A stretch of DNA of 26,018 nucleotides. Origin: a virus (taxonomy: Duplodnaviria > Caudoviricetes). The stretch spans positions 1-26,018 of IMG/VR virus record IMGVR_UViG_3300006024_000023, one strand, 5' to 3'. The position numbers were made by a program, and so were the translations under genes. The notes beneath the pieces were generated by a model. The model was not told where the DNA came from. It saw only the letters and a program-made list of their open reading frames with translations, and did not search any database. Shown here one piece after another: positions 24,601-26,018 of the stretch. Numbering within the stretch: position 1 is the stretch's first letter; each line of letters starts with the position of its first letter.

Positions 24601-26018
24601 AGTGATCTGAAGAATACTTTGTGTGGTGTTACAGAAGAGAATGGTACATCAAAGATGTGTGGAACATCTGTTCTAATACCAGCGTTAACTGTTCCATCAA
24701 GTACACACTTATAACGATGTAAATCATAATCTTCATCAAGTATAAACTGATAGATGTCAATCTCTACATTAGGATCGATGCTATCAGCTTCAGATGCATA
24801 GATGAAGATACCTGCTGCTGCATTCTCTCTAGAGGTTGCAAGCATCAGTTTTGTCTGATCACTACCATTAAAGAATGTAGTGTTAGAGTAATCAAATGGT
24901 TGTGTCTTTCTACCTGGTGCAATTACATAGTAAGTTTGGTTAGTTTCAAATCCATCAGGTAATCTGATAAGACGCTTATCAACATCAACATACTTACCAA
25001 GATCAACATCAAAACGAGGACGTGGGACCAGTCTAACTGGTGTTCCAGTTTCAAATTGATGTGGGTTGGATCCACCATAACCAGAGGTATTAATAGTAAA
25101 TACTGTTCCTCTTTGTGAGAAGAGAGATACATTTGCTGTCTGCTCTTGTCTAGTGACAGCACCAGGACCAGAGTTAATAATTGTATTGATGTTACTAACT
25201 AATGTCTCAATTGCATTTACAGTACCAGCACACTCTCTGATCTGCTGTCCAACATTAGGATCAGCGGGATCGGTGATGATATTACCAGTAGTTGTATCAG
25301 CAATAATATCTGGACTAATACTTTCAGGACCAACGATAACTGTCTTAGGAAGTGTGTCTGCCCACTGACCTTTAGGGTAGTCAAAGAACAGATCAATAGT
25401 TCCACTAGACTGTAGTGCGTTTATAGTCTGACCGAAGTCAAGTCTAGAATTCTCTACACCAAGTTCAATCTCTGTATTGTTAATAATTCTCTTAACATAT
25501 ACATTCTGGGGGATTGTAGTGTAGACAGCAGTTGAACCTGTTTGTAGAACACCGTTAACATATGCAGGAGCAGAAGGATCAGTATCATCATACTCAGTTA
25601 CTGTCATACCAATGATGATACCACGAGTATCACCAACATCAACAACTGCTGATCCAGCAGTAGTTGAACAATTATATGCAAGGAAATCGAAGTTCCTCAT
25701 GGCAGCAGTTGCCATCTGTCCAACGTAGTTCCATGCATCTAGAGTTTCAGTCTTCTCACTATCAATGAAGGCTAGACTATTACCTACGTAATATGCTTCA
25801 CCAGCCTGTACAGAGTTGATGTTACCACCAAGTCTAAGGTCACCAACAATAGCATCAACAATGTATGCAACGTCACGATAACATGTAGATACTTCAGCAT
25901 CATTGGTAAAGGATCCTTTATTAAGAACAGGTAATAGAGATAGATTACTTACTTTGAATGCATCAACAGCGATATCAAATAGGTTCTCAATACTACTACG
26001 AACGTTAGCACAATCATA
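18606..26018 (-). CDS. giant virion structural / tail fibre-like protein, 5'-truncated by the window (at least 2470 aa)
   Basis: Read by hand, the frame has no stop from 26018 to the track's ATG at 25715 (YDCANVRSSIENLFD...WNYVGQMATAAMR). It is G/T/N/S-rich, with GGD[IL]/GxLTV fibre repeats, a GxGY module and a C-terminal YFVN..LP...GD.I.IID...LVY...GW fibre domain. Confidence 0.9.
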   Translation of the reverse strand, partial: YDCANVRSSIENLFDIAVDAFKVSNLSLLPVLNKGSFTNDAEVSTCYRDVAYIVDAIVGDLRLGGNINSVQAGEAYYVGNSLAFIDSEKTETLDAWNYVGQMATAAMRNFDFLAYNCSTTAGSAVVDVGDTRGIIIGMTVTEYDDTDPSAPAYVNGVLQTGSTAVYTTIPQNVYVKRIINNTEIELGVENSRLDFGQTINALQSSGTIDLFFDYPKGQWADTLPKTVIVGPESISPDIIADTTTGNIITDPADPNVGQQIRECAGTVNAIETLVSNINTIINSGPGAVTRQEQTANVSLFSQRGTVFTINTSGYGGSNPHQFETGTPVRLVPRPRFDVDLGKYVDVDKRLIRLPDGFETNQTYYVIAPGRKTQPFDYSNTTFFNGSDQTKLMLATSRENAAAGIFIYASEADSIDPNVEIDIYQFILDEDYDLHRYKCVLDGTVNAGIRTDVPHIFDVPFSSVTPHKVFFRSLAPDDLPTIGEQEDDNPEVTTTDINDDNFGRLNPVKEFYARYQTARVFTIHKTHADAINNADPIQFTAGQTDEFNVFCNKRRSPVKYDPTFSVGIATEGKWYVNCVDEASTNISVGIRKKNIIWRIKQDDYSDRPKTTDTWFTRLDDSRPADDRTYKLRYVIPSYLENARDPINGFVIKTRTDDTRKLVPQKVLLKPVAGEVYGARFENPVQAGEYIGYNSNQFLGNGLNEEDAYDPYKNDTTGQGIEYKAYARFNSGIQATIQSARYVQDPLVQTISYLELDLVDHTVDIKNFPGLKNEQFTTVQINAPQGGDWVVNKTASITANQVEWTGNSSGIANIHGYYENAGSHYLILKNIRGGKLEFSEFYNTRFTQGSTFADMLEDQDMGKSLPLKTLIKKGYPEYYYRQNGSNVYTITPGDRIQDSAGVEYYVASVEDTGIIEDTFYIFNYETLQKRISGQQDGIYYLSCLRGNISPLPQGAGAGGNFRDFQFSQPVSSLYPLNYKNDPLWFQKAGTTAEEKNVKQQLIDPPATYSAADNYTHGLVRTNDYKNSVTRELVEDFIIQPAFIENDYEGTTAIRALPGNATSGSEDRRIPISGDSTVLVDQKYYVELRRPSIARAGNHTFEYLGFGPGNYSTGLPARQEIVLSPTEDFYAQSKKQNAGIVFYTGLNSNGDLYIGNRKINAITGQETFLEAAVLKDSDDDNEDIGDLVTSFDTPVTFNENITVVGGDGSLQNVFQSPLVVSVQDNDLTQSRDALIIRSNVSSVDPVTNLQQDEGLDRTAWTGPGNPLDGDIRISKNRVDAAVFGFNSRGKGQKYQIQTHTSSGLPSNITPNQNDLVNIDPNTGINLGGNRVEANQRVDYGSVQPKSGDILLKGLEVGKTGSLGWIYANYFNEIPANNIFTIEFDGTNVVKFTFKDAQGNNISNASIGISDVSQIKLTNFSNPLLNSSWLIYSPNGDAFDSSNNYVHFQVNNGIGIDVLSWNGPGGVIDTAQSNGNPVPIVEYSNSNWKEYGVLGAEALRTETETIGDYKLGVNTVARTEHPSALKAFTSDEATPRANLDVVGTAFVSGKTINSYLADTTINKTETAEDNAFLVGGDSTDPDDSATLRVMTTNAGRVGVNTKIEDTVNPQNELDRNFVVVGNSRFTGDSMFMTDIEVNGGDITTTNTAFNFVNSNANILNWAGDGQILTLMNNSTSPQTYTIGGSSPTSTWLINEAAATTNLYFARNTTKFKSVIGTVAESFTSECEITLGGGFATSSPGKSNTKIGTFYTGVAGQFEFGYGYGAGTSSSRIFSQTREVNAFDGSSTNTVNLATNATQFTLGSTGGNTTIRNTLNVLASTIVEGNIRLDGGLNAGIVEIGRGKFGTSTIGHQIGGLENPNIDFYKYESTGRRIDTAGVAPWGSTLFLQGGGQIASVDNIVNNGSTLRTPGIYQFLDATGSLNGAGAAFTILIRFDFTIDVTIESGGEGYADNETLTITDAQLGGGGGGDLTFQVNGVNQAGNNYYLPITTPSVNDFQLGDLLLIDRQVGPQDATGQPIAGYTSDESKSEIVQVVGIDNISNPNDPQGFRLIVTRGVDGTTSATDHPDSCVIAKLDKQSNSSYITGSDLDGNGVLDEPLTGIGSDPANVNIGVAEFGGTITTQDYFRLSGLEFCSIEQLISTSPQSLQVNDGGDPAAIVFNVESTTGNTQIFGNITAGSGFNKFTMDSNSGNTAIAGTLTVEDTFTVNGSTIEGQQWFRLTNGGATGIPLRTTLEVDTASGDLTINGGDINIFGTDETTPRLTFNNSSGDFTTYGSFSALGTGTSTFGGDIDVTGDAFIRGGDLTVYAGENTSYATAGDEIFGIDNNGAVKIAGIENYFSQTGARKWLYEAESFLAEANVNYFVNCTGNTLIKLPAAPEMGDMIRIIDISGSLSYNLSMVVRAPDNVKVQGESSNTGTTVLPGIAPSTFVGYEAGGELVVQTPNAAFSLVYAGNATPDGGPGAPSSLVGWYLTDV

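Noticed and set aside
8-25368. All plus-strand ORFs in the track (e.g. 2703..2978, 5391..5738, 9992..10393, 11858..12202, 21058..21369)
   Set aside because: They lie antisense to well-supported minus-strand genes, have no recognisable motifs, and are expected shadows of biased codon usage.
8502-25405. Short alternative-frame minus-strand ORFs inside long genes (8502..8741, 13222..13437, 18920..19228, 19373..19585, 20627..20887, 23096..23470, 24923..25162, 25217..25405)
   Set aside because: They are L/V/M-rich by-products of NNT-ending codons in the main frame, with no coupling to neighbouring genes.
25713-25715. ATG 25715 as the start of the giant protein
   Set aside because: The frame is open and protein-like up to the window edge, so the real start is outside the window.
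1-26018. tRNA, rRNA, CRISPR arrays, integrase/transposase, introns or inteins, and intrinsic terminators
   Set aside because: None seen by eye. Intergenic space is minimal and I found no regular repeat-spacer pattern or GC hairpin with a U-tract; tRNAscan and terminator searches were not run.

Overview
This window looks like a fragment of a T4-like marine cyanophage (cyanomyovirus) genome, and every credible gene is on the minus strand. In transcription order (right to left) it starts with a late tail module. That module holds the 3' part of a giant virion/fibre protein (at least 2470 aa, open to the window edge), three tail-collar-domain fibre proteins, a 1014-aa Ig/vWA/DDGSC-repeat protein with an internal duplication, a 2OG-Fe(II) oxygenase, a tail-fibre assembly chaperone and a few hypothetical proteins. 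A sigma70-type promoter at about 6700 marks the start of a dense cluster of small, overlapping early/middle-type genes. This cluster includes a PrnA-like flavin-dependent halogenase, a second 2OG-Fe(II) oxygenase and an N4C/N6A DNA methyltransferase. The main observations are: (1) a repeat domain apparently split between the C-terminus of one tail protein and the N-terminus of the next; (2) a phycobiliprotein-like CxRD...LxxGG motif in the giant virion protein; (3) an 89-nt structured RNA with its own promoter directly upstream of the methyltransferase; (4) three copies of a palindromic promoter-linked motif; and (5) several long dual-frame gene overlaps. All family calls come from recognising motifs by eye; no searches were run.
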